DNA of 64,000 bases from Macrostomum hystrix (lineage: Eukaryota > Animalia > Platyhelminthes): the NCBI GenBank assembly GCA_950097015.1, contig CATNEN010000001.1, positions 4,092,001 to 4,156,000 of the forward strand. Reading direction: 5' to 3'. Below the pieces are notes generated by a model, which worked only from the letters and a program-made list of their open reading frames with translations, was not told the DNA's origin and did not search any database. Of the stretch, positions 1 to 12,289 are shown one piece after another; position 1 is the stretch's first letter; each line of letters opens with the position of its first letter. Position numbers and translations under genes: made by a program.

Positions 1-2062
1 CCACAGTAGGTGTAGTCTGTAGGAGGTTCAGCTGCAATTTTTATGGGATTTTAGAAGTCTAACATTAGCATCTAAATTGACAGACACTCTGAAAGACTAG
101 GATCAGGGATAGTAGTACTACAGAGATACTATTTGTGCTTGTCCTATAGTTACTACACTTTACATTTTTGCACCAACCCAATGCAAACTGAAAACTAGTG
201 TATACTATCTGATACCTTTAATTGTAGTCATAACAGATAAAATGCAAAGTAGGAACAAAATGCTATAATTGTATAAAACTTTTTTAGCAGTCTAATTAGA
301 AGGCTATGACAAAAAAGTACATATTGCATTTTGTTATTATTCATTCCAAATTTTGTCCAAAAGATATTATAATTAGAAAATGTAATAGGCTATCCTTAAA
401 ATGTCCTAAAATACTCACTATTTTCAAAATTGAATTTGCACCAAAGTAATTTGTTTTAATGTTCAAATCATATAGTAAACTTTGTTAAAACACTCAAATA
501 TTCTACATATATTTTATTTAGATGCCTAATTAGAGTACAAAATTAAATTGCTAAAAATATCTTGAAAAATTACTATAAATATATAGGTCGTTAGGCTCAA
601 AGGAATCATCTTACTAATGAGCAACAAAGAGCAATTAGCTTGAAAGTGAGCAAATCATTGAAGTCTAAATTCAATAAATATTCTAATCATTTAGATTGTG
701 TAGCCTAATTGCTATGACCCTGTAGATCACAATGCCTAGACTGTAAGAAAGAGTGCCAAGCTGCTTGGGCACAATACCACTACCAAGGAGAGGAAGTTGA
801 GACAAGAGGAATATTAGTAGTAAAGTGTATGAATAAGTTAGAACCAAGAGAAAGAATAATAGAGAGCTCTAGGGCAAAAATATATAACAAACTAAGTCTA
901 GTTATCAACTTAAAAGCATTTCCAATTTGCTATTAAATTTATGAGGCCAATAGACAAAGTGAGAAAGCAAATTTTAATGACCCCCATTAGATTATAGTCC
1001 TTTCTAAATTTATTCTTCCTATTGTCAAATTCTATAAGTATAATCAATATCATGGTTTTGTTATTCCCTAAACTTCCTTAAAGTAGAGTAGGATAAAGTA
1101 AAACAGTAACTCTAATTAGATCATGATCCATTCCTAAATATAGAAGTGCTTCACAGCCTGCCACAATATAAGAAGAATCTAAAATGAGTTTTCAGAAACC
1201 TATCAAAAGCCATCCATAGCAATGCCCAATGGCAGTGTCAAACAAGGCATGGCCAAAAATAATTGAGTATACATAGTATTGCGCTTCTGGTATACAAAGC
1301 ATAAATATATAAACTTTTAAAGCACGGCTGGCATATGGTATATGGCATTTCATACTTATACTTTACACAATCTGCTTAATTTTTAATGAATAAATTTAAT
1401 GTTAATCATAAAAAACTTCGACATTGAAATTCACTTTGAATTGAGGCAAAAATATACCGAGCCTCTATTAGAGGTAATTTATTTGCGATACTATGCATCA
1501 ACTAAAAAACGATGCTTTAATATTAGTTTGCACCTTACGCTAGCTTAAAGGGCTACACAATAACTAAGTCAAACGTAAACGAAAATGCCTGTTAAAAATA
1601 CGAAAGCAAAATACAGTAAAACAAATTACCCATTACCCTAACTTTGCTCATACAAGTTAAAACCACTTGATATTACACATTATGGCAGAAGATGTAAAAG
1701 TAAGCTTAACTATTGATTTTCGATTCTCAATGACGGGGGTAGGGGTCGGGTAGTTTTGGGTAGCCTTTTGGAGTAAAACACTACCAACAAAAATAAACGT
1801 GAATTTCATCATAATCTTTCAGTTTTTCACCTAAAAAAATTCCACACTAGAAGCTGCATAGGTTAGGCATATTTTCTGGACGATTTGAAGCGGGTAGACG
1901 CCTAAAATCATCGGGTAGCCTTTTACCCCATTTTTCGGGTATTGTTTTACCCCTTACCGATCTTGGTACTGTTAATACGAGGGTACACGTGCAGAACGCT
2001 GGCTTAAAAAACCGCACTTTTACGTAACGTAAACAACCGCTTAGAAACTATGGAAGGTGGAA

Positions 2063-2208
2063 ATCCTTCTTGTGTGTAGGATATTGTGTATGAAAGACTA
2101 CAGTTATACAAAATATTTTCCTTTTTAGTTTGCACCTTTAAACAAAAATTAGCACAATTTTAAAACCAATATGCACGTGTGTTCACTCGGTGCGCTAATA
2201 GTAGATAT
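2063..2208 (+). repeat. left 146-bp inverted repeat of the large element
   Basis: Matches the reverse complement of 12290-12435 base for base. Confidence 0.95.
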
Positions 2209-2919
2209 CGTGCTTTTTCAGTTCGAAAGCTACGATACTGCAGGGGTAGTGAAAGCAATAACATTTTCTATCGTGTCAGTGATTTCTAATTTGTTGGCCA
2301 ACAACACACTAAGGCGATATATTATCAAAGTGCATTTATGTATGCATTTTTCTTAATATACACTGTAGACAAGTGTCAAATGAATTTTGTAATTGAGACC
2401 TATTGAGACCGAAAGTAGCTACTTTTTTCTCATATTTTTTTACAAACAGACCCACGAATATGCTGCAATGCAATGATTCTGCAGGAAAATTATTCTTTTT
2501 TATGTGATTTGTGAAATAAAAATCGTTAAAGGCTGTTAGTGTAATCTGACAAACTTGCATATATATTTTACTGCATTTCTTATATAGTTCTTCATGGTGG
2601 TCCTAATTCTCAATAGAAAGGAGATAAATTATATTGTATATAATATTTGAATGCTAAAAAGTATAGATTATAACATATTTACATAACTGTCTTAACTAAC
2701 ATGATATAAAAATCAAACTTTTTCATGGAGCCAACAGAATTTCTGACTCTAAAACAATTTCACCAATAAAATAGAATATTTCCCAATAGAATAGGAATGT
2801 CCCCACTTCTATTCCCTCTAAAATTGCTATCCATTACAATATTGCTTAATTGTAAGTGTGACAAAAAAGAATTTACTGTCATTATCACTTTGTTAATTGG
2901 CCTATATATGATATATATA

Positions 2920-3352
2920 AATAGACATGAGATTCATATATTTCTTGTTCCTTCAATACCTGCTCTACTGCCTTTGCCAAGACTGCATTGCAGTGCCCCA
3001 TCTGTTTGTCAGGCACATAATAGACACGAAATTCATGTCCTTCTTGTTCCTTCTATACCTGCTCTACTGCCTTTGCCAAGACTGCATTGCAGTGCCCCAT
3101 CTGTTTGTCAGGCACATAATAGACACGAAATTCATGTCCTTCTTGTTCCTTCAATACCTGCTCTACTGCCTTTGCCTAGACTGCATTGCAGTGCCCCATC
3201 TGCTTGTAAGGCACATAATACACACGAAATTCATGTCCTACTTCTTGTTCCTTCAATACCTGCTCTACTGCCTTTGCCTAGACTGCATTGCAGTGCCCCA
3301 TCTGCTTGTAAGGCACATAATAGACACAAAATTCATGTCCTTCTAGTTCCCT
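2920..3352. repeat. 99-bp tandem repeat, ~4.3 copies
   Basis: Unit aatagacacgaaattcatgtccttcttgttcc...ggcacat starts at about 2920, 3019, 3118, 3217 and 3319. Confidence 0.92.
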
Positions 3353-4582
3353 CAATTTATCTGTCATGCGTTTGGCATCTGTCTGGCATGTGCTTCTGTT
3401 TTGCGTGTCATGCCGATCATTTTCTTGTTTGATGCGAATTGCGTTGCGGTTGCAGGAAAGAAAATAATTATTTTCGTTTCAGGCCGTCAAGGATCGTGAC
3501 GAAGAAATTCTTTCCGCACTGCGTCGCCTCCGGTGTTGCATTTCCATCGATGATCTTACAAGTGGGCCTGGTGTTGGAAGCTCTCCGGCGTTTAGCTTGC
3601 TGTTAGAGCAGCTAAATATTCTCTTTCCAAATAAGTACACTTTCTCGACTCTAAAAATCGTTAGAGTCGATCTTCAGCAGAACAGGCGGCAACTAAAGAC
3701 TTCTGCGGAAAGTATCTTAGACCTAAACGCTGAGGAATCCAGAGTGAGTGAGGAGGAGGAGGGCCCAAACAGACCGGAAAGTGGAAATCATCAAATAACC
3801 GAGGATCCTGCGGAATCATTGTTGCCAATCTGCGCAACATTTGACTGTTTAAATGAAAAATGGATGGCGATTGACCGTGCAGGACAAGACGCTACAAGTA
3901 GACGTACTGCCATCGGCGACTTTAATTGCACTTTACTCACGGAAGTACAAAATCGCTTTGTAACTGGATGTAGCTTGGTGATTGCACGAAGTTCCTTCGA
4001 CGGCACAGCTTCTGTAAAGTACACACTTGGCTGCTCTGCAAAACTTCGGGAAGAAGGCACCATTCGATCTAATTGTCCCGGTCAATGGAAATTGAACGTC
4101 CGTGGCATGGACATTCGGTTACGAATTATATGCAGGCCTGCGGACCACGCTCCAAAAGCTTGCAAGGTTCGAGGTGCGGCACTGAAAGCCAAGTGTCAAA
4201 CGGGGTCCGTCGCTGCTTTGCAGGCCTCAGTCGCTGCATTCGAGGAAGATCCTCGTTATATGCCTTCGCAGAAAACACTTTGTAACGTTCGACAGCACAG
4301 TAAGTCTAAGAAAAGGGCTTGTCCGTCTGATGCAGTGCACAATTTGCTCCTGGAAATTCGAAGTTCACCAACTCTTCATGACTATGTGCAGTACATTGAA
4401 TTTACTAGCCATGAATCACCTGCAGTGCTTGCCATGTACCACAAGAGCATGGCAGCAGAAGCGCTCTTGAGTATGAAACTGGAAAAGCAGCCAATTAATC
4501 TTGTCATCGATTCCACCGGTGCATCGATTAATAGCTGGCCTGGTGGCCTGCCAGAGAAGCCGATATACCATTATGCACTTGT

Positions 4583-4950
4583 AGGGGGTCGGTGGCAGAG
4601 CGGTTAACGCGTTTGCCACTCGCACCACAGTCCCTAAGTTCGATTCCACGGCGAGGCCACATTTATTTGGGGCGCAGCCGCGGAGAGAAGGCTTGGGGGC
4701 TTGTCGTGCAATTTACGCCCTTGAGGGCCAACCTCCAAGGCACAGTTCGAGTGTACACTGCCTGACGATGAGAAAGTCAGGGCAGATGTACACACCTGTG
4801 TGAGCGTATGCCTGCGTACAGTATCTGTGTGCGTGTGTGCTCAGGAGTCAGCGAAATGGGCAGAATTGCCTCCTCGCTGGCTGCGGGTCTAGTGTCACCA
4901 AACTATGTGTCATTGCCCGCAGCCCTCCTGCAATTATTATTATTATTATT
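4583..4950 (+). mobile_element. tRNA-derived SINE, full-length copy with 13-bp TSD
   Basis: A-box-like tggcagagcgg, B-box gttcgattcc, 3' stem ggctgcggg..cccgcagcc and an (ATT)n tail. TSD attatgcacttgt at 4570-4582 and 4951-4963. Removing the insertion restores the transposase frame (PIYHYALV-LPSQGDF). Confidence 0.93.
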
Positions 4951-6010
4951 ATTATGCACTTGTTTTGCCATCACAGGGAGATTTCTGTCAAGCGTCCTTA
5001 CTAGATGTCGTATCGTGTCATCACGACACGGTTCAACTGATAAGCATGCTGGCAAAATGGCGGCAGTATATTTTGCGGGTTCCTAGATGCAGTAACATCG
5101 TCATCGCTAAGGCGACGACGGATTTTAATTGGCCTACTTTGCATGCCCTCCTATACGTGTTTAATAGGATGGAGATAAGACAGTACATCGATTGGTGCTT
5201 TCTTGTTGGCCTTCAGGAAGAAAATTCCCAGGTTGGTGTGCCACCATCCATGCGTGCGACACTATCTCAGGCACAGCAATGCACGGCAGTTGTGCTAGGG
5301 CGAAGTCACATTATGAATGAGTTTAGAAATTGGAAGGAGGTGCGCAGTGCAATCCTGGCCGTTCAATTGCTCTATTTGCAGGGATTTGCACTGATTGTCG
5401 CCAGCAAGTCTTCAGCAGAGGGTCTAGAAAGTCTGCGAAACCTGTTGTATGTGCTTCAGGAGCGAGATGCGGCCAAAGCTCTGCCATACGTCGAGGTCAT
5501 GAAGAATGGTACAGTTGCCTGGCTTGAACAGCAGGAAAATGTTTGCACTGTAGAGGATGTAGACTTGCAAGCAGACACAACAATCCGTTCATCGTCGCGG
5601 TTCTATCGGCAGGCTCAACAAATTCTCATCATATCAAAGCATCATGCAATCAGAGGCAGGAATCGGAAATCGTGATGATCAGCGCTTATGTCAACGATAA
5701 GCTAGCACAGAGGATTGTCGATTTGCACGCGTATTTTCCGCTTTTCAGTAGCCTAATGATAGATGCGCAACGTCATTTTACCGGCAAAGTCAATGTCACC
5801 GATATGAGAAACAGCGAGGGTAGCGTTGAAGTGTACCATCGGACAGTGCGTGAATCTGTTATGGGCGGTCGATCGAGACCGCTTTTGGAGTTTCTTGAGC
5901 TACTCGAGGAATTCTCCAGAGGTCGTTTAAAGTATCGACTTGCGAAGTCTATTTGTGTCCAGAACCCAAATTATAGAATTCAGAAGGCGTCGTTACAAAC
6001 CCAGCATGGA

Positions 6011-6385
6011 GACCATGCGGTCGGATCTGGGCGCCAGCAGAGGCCGTCTGACTCGAGAGCGCCGTCACAAGGTCAGCGCGAAGACCATGCGGTCGGATCT
6101 GGGCGCCAGCAGAGGCCGTCTGACTTGAGAGCGCCGTCACAAGGTCAGCGCGAAGACCATGCGGTCGGATCTGGGCACCAGCAGAGGCCGTCTGACTCGA
6201 GAGCGCCGTCACAAGGTCAGCGCGAAGACCATGCGGTCGGATCTGGGCGCCAGCAGAGGCCGTCTGACTCGAGAGCGCCGTCACAAGGTCAGCGCGAAGA
6301 CCATGCGGTCGGATCTGGGCGCCAGCAGAGGCCGTCTGACTCGAGAGCGCCGTCACAAGGTCAGCACGAAGACCATGCGGTCGGA
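6011..6385 (+). repeat. 72-bp in-frame tandem repeat (5.2 copies) inside the transposase
   Basis: The unit encodes DHAVGSGRQQRPSDSRAPSQGQRE and lies between the DDE core and the peptidase-like domain. Confidence 0.95.
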
Positions 6386-8285
6386 GCGTCGCGGCGAATT
6401 TCCGCATCATTTTCTGTTCTAACTCCGATTCGTAATTCGTTCCAAGATACCTCATCTAGCTCTACACAAGCCGTCATACAGAACCGCAGATCAACTCATC
6501 AACCAACTGCAAAGCATTTTCCACATGGAAAATATTTTAGAGCAAGTAATGATAATGGACTAGGAAAGCAAACAGGACTCAACGGCGTGTGCCTGGCGAA
6601 TACAGTCGTTGTAAAGAGCTACCAAGGCTGGCCTGGTCGACATGCTCCTGTCGATGTTCAACTACTGGGGATGTGTGCCGTCAATCATGTTGTCATGGCC
6701 ATTATATTTCATCTACGAGAGCACTCTACATTTAAAGAAGAATTTTCCCGTCAGTATGACCATACAACGATTGGTGCCTGTCTACTTCGCATAACTGTTG
6801 CCGCAACGCAACAAGAGGCACAGACCGCTCTGCTCGACGCTATCTTGGGGTCTGACTACAGGCGACAATTTTTGGACAAGGTAGTAGCAGCTAGTCAGAC
6901 TGTTTGCGTCAACCACAATGACGGAGAGGAAGGTGAAATAATCCAGCTCATGTTGCGGCCAATTCTCGAGAGCACTTCGCGGAGGGCAACGTGTACCCAT
7001 GGACACGAATGCTAATTTGACAAATTTTGCTACTTGCAGGAGGCACTAAGTTTTCAGCCTGACGTGAGCCAACGAAGCGTTGCACATATTATTGATGCTG
7101 AGTTTAACCAGCCGGAAATTAAACTCTGCCAGTACGGAATGACTTCCAAGTGCCACGCAGCAATGACAGTTTCTCCTAGGAGGCCGGTCCCTCTGCTGCT
7201 CATCTGGCCAGGAATGGGCACAGTCGAGAATCTTCGTGGGGAAGTCGAGGTCGGCTGTGATATTCTGATGCTCGCTGGAGTCACATACTTTAACCACCAG
7301 AACAAGCACTACCAGCTTCGATTTCGGAAAGCCGGACGAATGGAGATTTTTGACGATCGGCAGTCGCACAACAATCGCATGGCTATTCCAATCGACGCTG
7401 TTCCTTATAGCGCCGTGTACTGTCGACATCATAAATCGTAACTGTTCTGAATAATACGCTCGTATAAAAGTTGGTGCCTAATAAGTCGTTCGTTGTAGTG
7501 TAATGTAATCTACTTAAGTAGTCCGTGTGCTACTCTTAGCTCGTATATGTGAGTGACAGATTTGTCTTTTCACTTTTGTCTGCTTTTGCATATGACATTT
7601 TAAATGTTGATGTTCTTGTCGTTTAGTGCAAATGAGGTGCTCCAAAAGCTTCCGAATGCTTAAGCATAAGTTTGGCAGACAGCAAACAGCGTGCCGATTT
7701 TTCCACCCCATCCCTTCTTGCAGAAGCGACCTGCTCTCAAAGCGTGCCGATTTCTCTCAATTGTAATTGCTGAATGCAATCAGACTTTTGCATTTCCGTC
7801 TTGAAACAAGACTGTTTATTATTTTTTAGGCATACAGTAGATCTTGCATTCTTCCCCAATTCAGAAAAAATCGCGTGTACTCGTAGAAGTATCGCTCAAA
7901 ATACCCGAATTCAAGGCTTTGACCAAATGACACTTTTGTGCAAGACAATATTTTAAGCTCACTTCAAGCTATCAGCTTACTATCGCTATCGCCTATATTT
8001 TTTCTATGGAAGATGTGATGTTCTCAATTCGTACGAGCGTACAGCTTCTCTATTTACCAAAAAACTGACGGAGAACATCGCCAGTCACTAGTAGTAGCGA
8101 AATCATATTTCAGGTACATTTGTTGCAGTAGAGAACATAAGACAACGAATAGATGAATAGGCTAATCATCCTTATTGGCGACGTACTCAAGTGGTTCTGC
8201 ACATAGCGTTTGCTGTTCAAATCTGTTCCGCCGAATACCAAAAAGCAGTAAAGGAGGAAATAATAGCACACACAAGAGCATTAAT

Positions 8286-8836
8286 TTACATCTGGGCCAT
8301 TCTTCTGGTAAAATAAGTCTTACGACCAGTCCCACCAGTAATATCACTCAGATCAGCCTTCCTCTTTCGTCGCTTCTTCTTTTTATCTCCCTCTCTCTCC
8401 TTTGCCGCCTGCTCTCGCTCTTTCGCCGCCGCCTGCTCTCGCTCTTTCGCCGCCGCCTGCTCTCGCTCTTCGCCACCGCCTGCTGTCGCTCCCTCGCCGC
8501 CGCCGCCTGCTCTCGCTCCCTCGCCGCCGCCTGCTCTCGCTCTTCCGCCGCCTCTAGCTCCCTCGCTGCCGCCGCCTTTCGTTCTCCCGCCGTCGCCGGC
8601 ATGTCCACACTCCCAACTGCTGCAGCTACACGAACTTCGGCTTGCAACTGCCGAATGCAGGCGATAGAAATGTTCAATACAGAAATTAATTCCACTGGCG
8701 AAAACGATGAGGCCGATTCGAGATGCCTCAACGCCTCTGATATGTGCTCCGCAACAGACAGGCGACATATTTTCTTGTCCACAACCTTCCATCCATTGAT
8801 TTCGAGCCACACCTTACCCGTTTTCTGCGTCTTCAT
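8286..8836 (-). pseudogene. cargo ORF A: unknown helical domain, charged repeats, basic tail; frameshifted
   Basis: GKVWLEINGW..ISEALRHLESASS..ELISVLNISIACI, then EREQAAA repeats. A frameshift near 8470 leads into the frame ending KKKRRKRK..TRRMAQM*. Confidence 0.5.
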
Positions 8837-10201
8837 TTTCTAGACAATTTTCTAGACTACTGTCCTTGTCTTAGCTTCAATTTTTTTAGAGATTTTTTGT
8901 TCTTGTGGAGTTTTTTGCTAGTATACCTTGAATTTTTGGATTTAGCATTTGGAATTTTCAAGCAAGGAGCCTAATTGTCGAATCTACATAATGCTTCAGA
9001 TGTAACAGTCTATGTCAGCATCTAACCGACTAGGTAAGTTGATATTGAGCTATCTTGAATAAATGTTAATGGATTTCAAGCAAGATGGGCCGATTCTCTT
9101 CGATGACTTAGACCAGACCAGACCAGAACAGCGCGGGCATCTGGGAGGCGTCACACCCGGGGTCCTATTGGAAGAATGAGCCTCGTTCTGTACTCATTGA
9201 ACTGTGTGAGCTTCTGTCAATCTGTCTAGTGGGTGTGGGTGGCAGCTCCTGGCGTCTCGTCGTACGAGGGTCATCCCAAAAGTGACCATAACTCACAACT
9301 GTTGTTGCTGTAATTTTGTAATACATTATATATTTCTGCGCCTTTCTCACATTACTTTTATCATGTGTACTTTACTGTTATGTGAATTCCAAGTAGTGGA
9401 CAATTACTCCAGATCTGTCCGTGGTCCAAATTTTGCAGTTTTTATCATTTATTTTATCCTTGCATTGCGATTTTGCATTTTAAATTATCAGCTTTTCTGT
9501 ACTGCGATCGTAGTGTTATTCATATTCCTTGTCTTAGCTAACTATATATTTATCTATTCGAGCGTATTGCAATTTTGCATTTCCATGTGTAGTGGCAATA
9601 GTTGCCTGATTTCAATGATCGGTTCTCGGTGATTCTTGCCTTTCCGAGAATCATTCATTATTATGAATGCGTCACTGCAATTAAGTATATTACCATCAAG
9701 CATTTCGAGATCGAGGAGTGCTTTGCTACTTTTTGCTGGAATAAACGGACACCAATCGCGAAAACAAGGCGTAAATGAATCAAGTGTTAATTAATAGTTA
9801 AAACTATTTTTTGACTGCCATCGGATCTTGAAACGTATCAATTCTTTATTTCAGGTTTGTTGATAAGTATAAAACTGTTATAGTAAAACGTTATCATAGA
9901 CCATAGAAAAAAACGGATAGATAATGTCGAGCTTAAGACAAATAAAGAAGAACGAAGAACGATCAAGTTAGCGCTAAAGTGCGTTCGTACACTACCGATT
10001 GTTACTTGAATAGATAGAAAGAGTGAAAATAGAATTACACGCTGCTACGCCGATTCAGCATACTTTTGAAGAAGTGCCTTCAGAAAACTCGGCTACAAAA
10101 ACAGGAAGTGACGATTAGCTAAATAACTTAAAAAACTTCACACAGTCTTATATTGCATATGTATGGATTGACACATGCACTAAACTTAGTAGCTATTTAG
10201 T

Positions 10202-11461
10202 CTACCTACTTCCGGCCTTATGCCGAGTGCTTCTCCTTCCGCCGGCTACATTGATGGTGCTTCCTTTGCGGGTATTGCTTCTTCCAGCAAATCTAGCTGT
10301 TTTGCGCTCCGCCTCATTGGCGATCTCCATTCGCTCAGCCTCCTCAGCAGCCTTCCTTCGCTCAGCCTCCTCGGCAGCCTTCATTAGCTCAGCCTCCTCG
10401 GCAGCCTTCCTTCGCTCCGCCTCATTGGCGATCTTCATTCGCTCAGCCTCCTCGGCAGCCTTCATTAGCTCAGCCTCCTCAGCAGCCTTCCTTCGCTCAG
10501 CCTCCTCGGCAGCCTTCCTTCGCTCAGACTCTTCGGCAGCCTTCATTAGCTCAGCCTCCTCGGCAGCCTTCCTTCGCTCCGCCTCATTGGCGATCTTCAT
10601 TCGCTCAGCCTCCTCGGCAGCCTTCATTAGCTCAGCCTCCTCAGCAGCCTTCCTTCGCTCAGCCTCCTCGGTAGCCTTCCTTCGCTCAGCCTCCTCGGCA
10701 GCCTTCCTTCGCTCAGACTCCTCGGCAGCCTTCATTAGCTCAGCCTCCTTGGCAGCCTTCCTTCGCTCCGCCTCATTGGCGATCTTCATTCGCTCAGCCT
10801 CCTAAGCAGCCTTCCTTCGCTCAGCCTCACTATCAACTTCGTTTCGCTCAACTACCTTTTGCGCAGCTTCGTTGTCCGCTTCCGACTCATTTACGACTGA
10901 AAATGTGGAGCAATCGTTGCTTAATTCCTTCTGAATTCTGTCATTGCCAAAGCTCAAGCATTCATCTTTACGCCGTTGAACGCAGGAAATAGAGACTCTA
11001 ATAGCGACGACAATCTCTGAAGATGCAGCTGATGATGCCGCAGCTTCTAAGTGCTCCAAGGCTTGAATGATTTTCAGGGTTGCAAGGTCATTTGTTTGCG
11101 TTGCCATATCGCTGCGTCGCCAATTATGACGTTCAAGCCACATCCGTCCAGCCTCAGCAGCTCTAAAGCGTTTCGCAGAATCATAGCGAAGCTCAGAACC
11201 TTTTCACTTGCGAAAAACTGCGACACCGTTCGCATAGGTCAACGCAATGCCTTTGTTGCTCATGTATTTAACATTTGATCCACGCACCGTTCTAAGCGCA
11301 CAATTCCTAAAATCGATGTTAAGAATGTCAGCAGCATCACGAACGTCTCTAGCAGCAACACTAATACCAACAACTACATCGTCATCGGGACAGTCAGCAG
11401 GAAGCGGACCCACGCCCTCAAAAAACGCAGAATGGGTCCTTAATGAAGGCCTGCAAGACAA
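10202..11461 (-). pseudogene. cargo ORF B, paralog of ORF A, ~420 codons with two in-frame stops
   Basis: ORFs 11204-11461, 10802-11143 and 10202-10789 share one frame, broken by TGA (11204-11206) and TAG (10802-10804, a GAG>TAG change within the repeat). The product contains GRMWLERHNW..IIQALEHLEAAAS..EIVVAIRVSISCV, 27-bp AEEAERRKA repeats and a basic C-terminus. Confidence 0.55.
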
Positions 11462-11518
11462 AGAATGAGGAATTTATATCAGGAATTTATTAGTGAAAAA
11501 CAGGAAGCATAGGAAAGC

Positions 11519-11917
11519 ACAGGAAACACAGTAGAATGTGTTTATTGTGTTTTGCTAAATAACTGTGGAGGCATAGGTACAAAGCGAGCAGAAATGCTTG
11601 AGGAGTTTGAGCTGAAGCTAAGACAAGGATAGTAGTAGTTTTAGTAGTCAGCTAAACTAAATTTGTCTAGAAAGTGAAGATGAAGAAAACACAGGAAACA
11701 CAATAGAATGTGTTTATTGTGTTTTGCTAATTAATTGTGGAGGCATAGGTACAAAGTGAGCAGAAATGCTTAAGGAGTTTGAGCTGAAGCTAAGACAAGC
11801 ATAGTAGTAGTGTTAGTAGTCAGCTAAATTTGTCTAGAAAGTGAAGATGAAGAAAACACAGGAAACACAGTAGAATGTGTTTATTGTGTTTTGCTAATTA
11901 ATTGTGGAGGCATAGGT
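11519..11917. repeat. ~170-bp tandem repeat, 2.3 copies
   Basis: acaggaaacacagtagaatgtgtttattgtg recurs at about 11519, 11692 and 11858. Confidence 0.9.
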
Positions 11918-12289
11918 CCGAAGGACCGAAGGTGAAGGACCGCAAGGTGAAGCGCGAGCGGGCCTGAAGCCCTTGATTAAGTAGACTAGGCTAACTGAAA
12001 AACATAGCGATCGATACTTCCGGCCAGCCAGAGCTCGCACGCTCATTGGCCGGGGGGGAAATACATTAAGATACGCGTAGGAAATAGCTAGAATGGCGCG
12101 ATATGCGTTTATGGTTACTAACAGTAGCGCCCTAATAATTTGACTTAATATAATATAAATTAACAGAATTGGATGATATTATACGATGAGTTAAAACGGC
12201 CCAAGCTAGTAGATAATTAGGAAATTAAGCATGTAATCAACGCATAGAGTAATATTGCAGGGGCGCCTTCAACAAGTGACAACGTCACA

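Larger units (their letters stand above)
3483..7441 (+). pseudogene. Mutator/NOF-like DDE transposase with C-terminal USP(C19)-like peptidase domain, disrupted
   Basis: The frame opens after the acceptor-like tttcgtttcag at 3482. Motifs in order: C..C..H zinc-finger-like region (LGCSAK..NCPG..ADH), LVIDSTG (D1), YHYALV, TTDFNWPTLHA (D2), GRSHIM (CxxH position), FPLFSSLM, SEGSVE (E). These are followed by LLGMCAVNHVV (Cys-box-like) and LAGVTYFNHQNKHYQL..EIFDD (His-box-like). Lesions: SINE insertion at 4583-4950, frameshift at about 5620-5660, in-frame TAA at 7013-7015. Confidence 0.72.

Noticed and set aside
2797-3432. 211-aa ORF as a gene
   Set aside because: It is mostly the 99-bp tandem repeat, is open in two frames and shows no recognisable domain.
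4584-4660. Functional tRNA gene (likewise at 33760, 50394 and 52669)
   Set aside because: There is no complete cloverleaf or acceptor stem, and in the SINE copies the head continues into a shared repeat body.
4758-4790. Hammerhead in the SINE (ctgacga..gaaa)
   Set aside because: No stem II lies between the core motifs; the segment folds as a simple hairpin.
9105-9295. Possible retroposon tail (agacc)n or mariner-like end (tacgagggtc..; similar tacgaggg at 1976 and 51347)
   Set aside because: No matching opposite end, TSD or second copy was found in the window.
7013-11206. In-frame TAA, TAG and TGA as an alternative genetic code, readthrough or selenocysteine
   Set aside because: All three stop types occur alongside frameshifts, and host genes end normally at TGA and TAA. 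Pseudogenisation is the simpler explanation.
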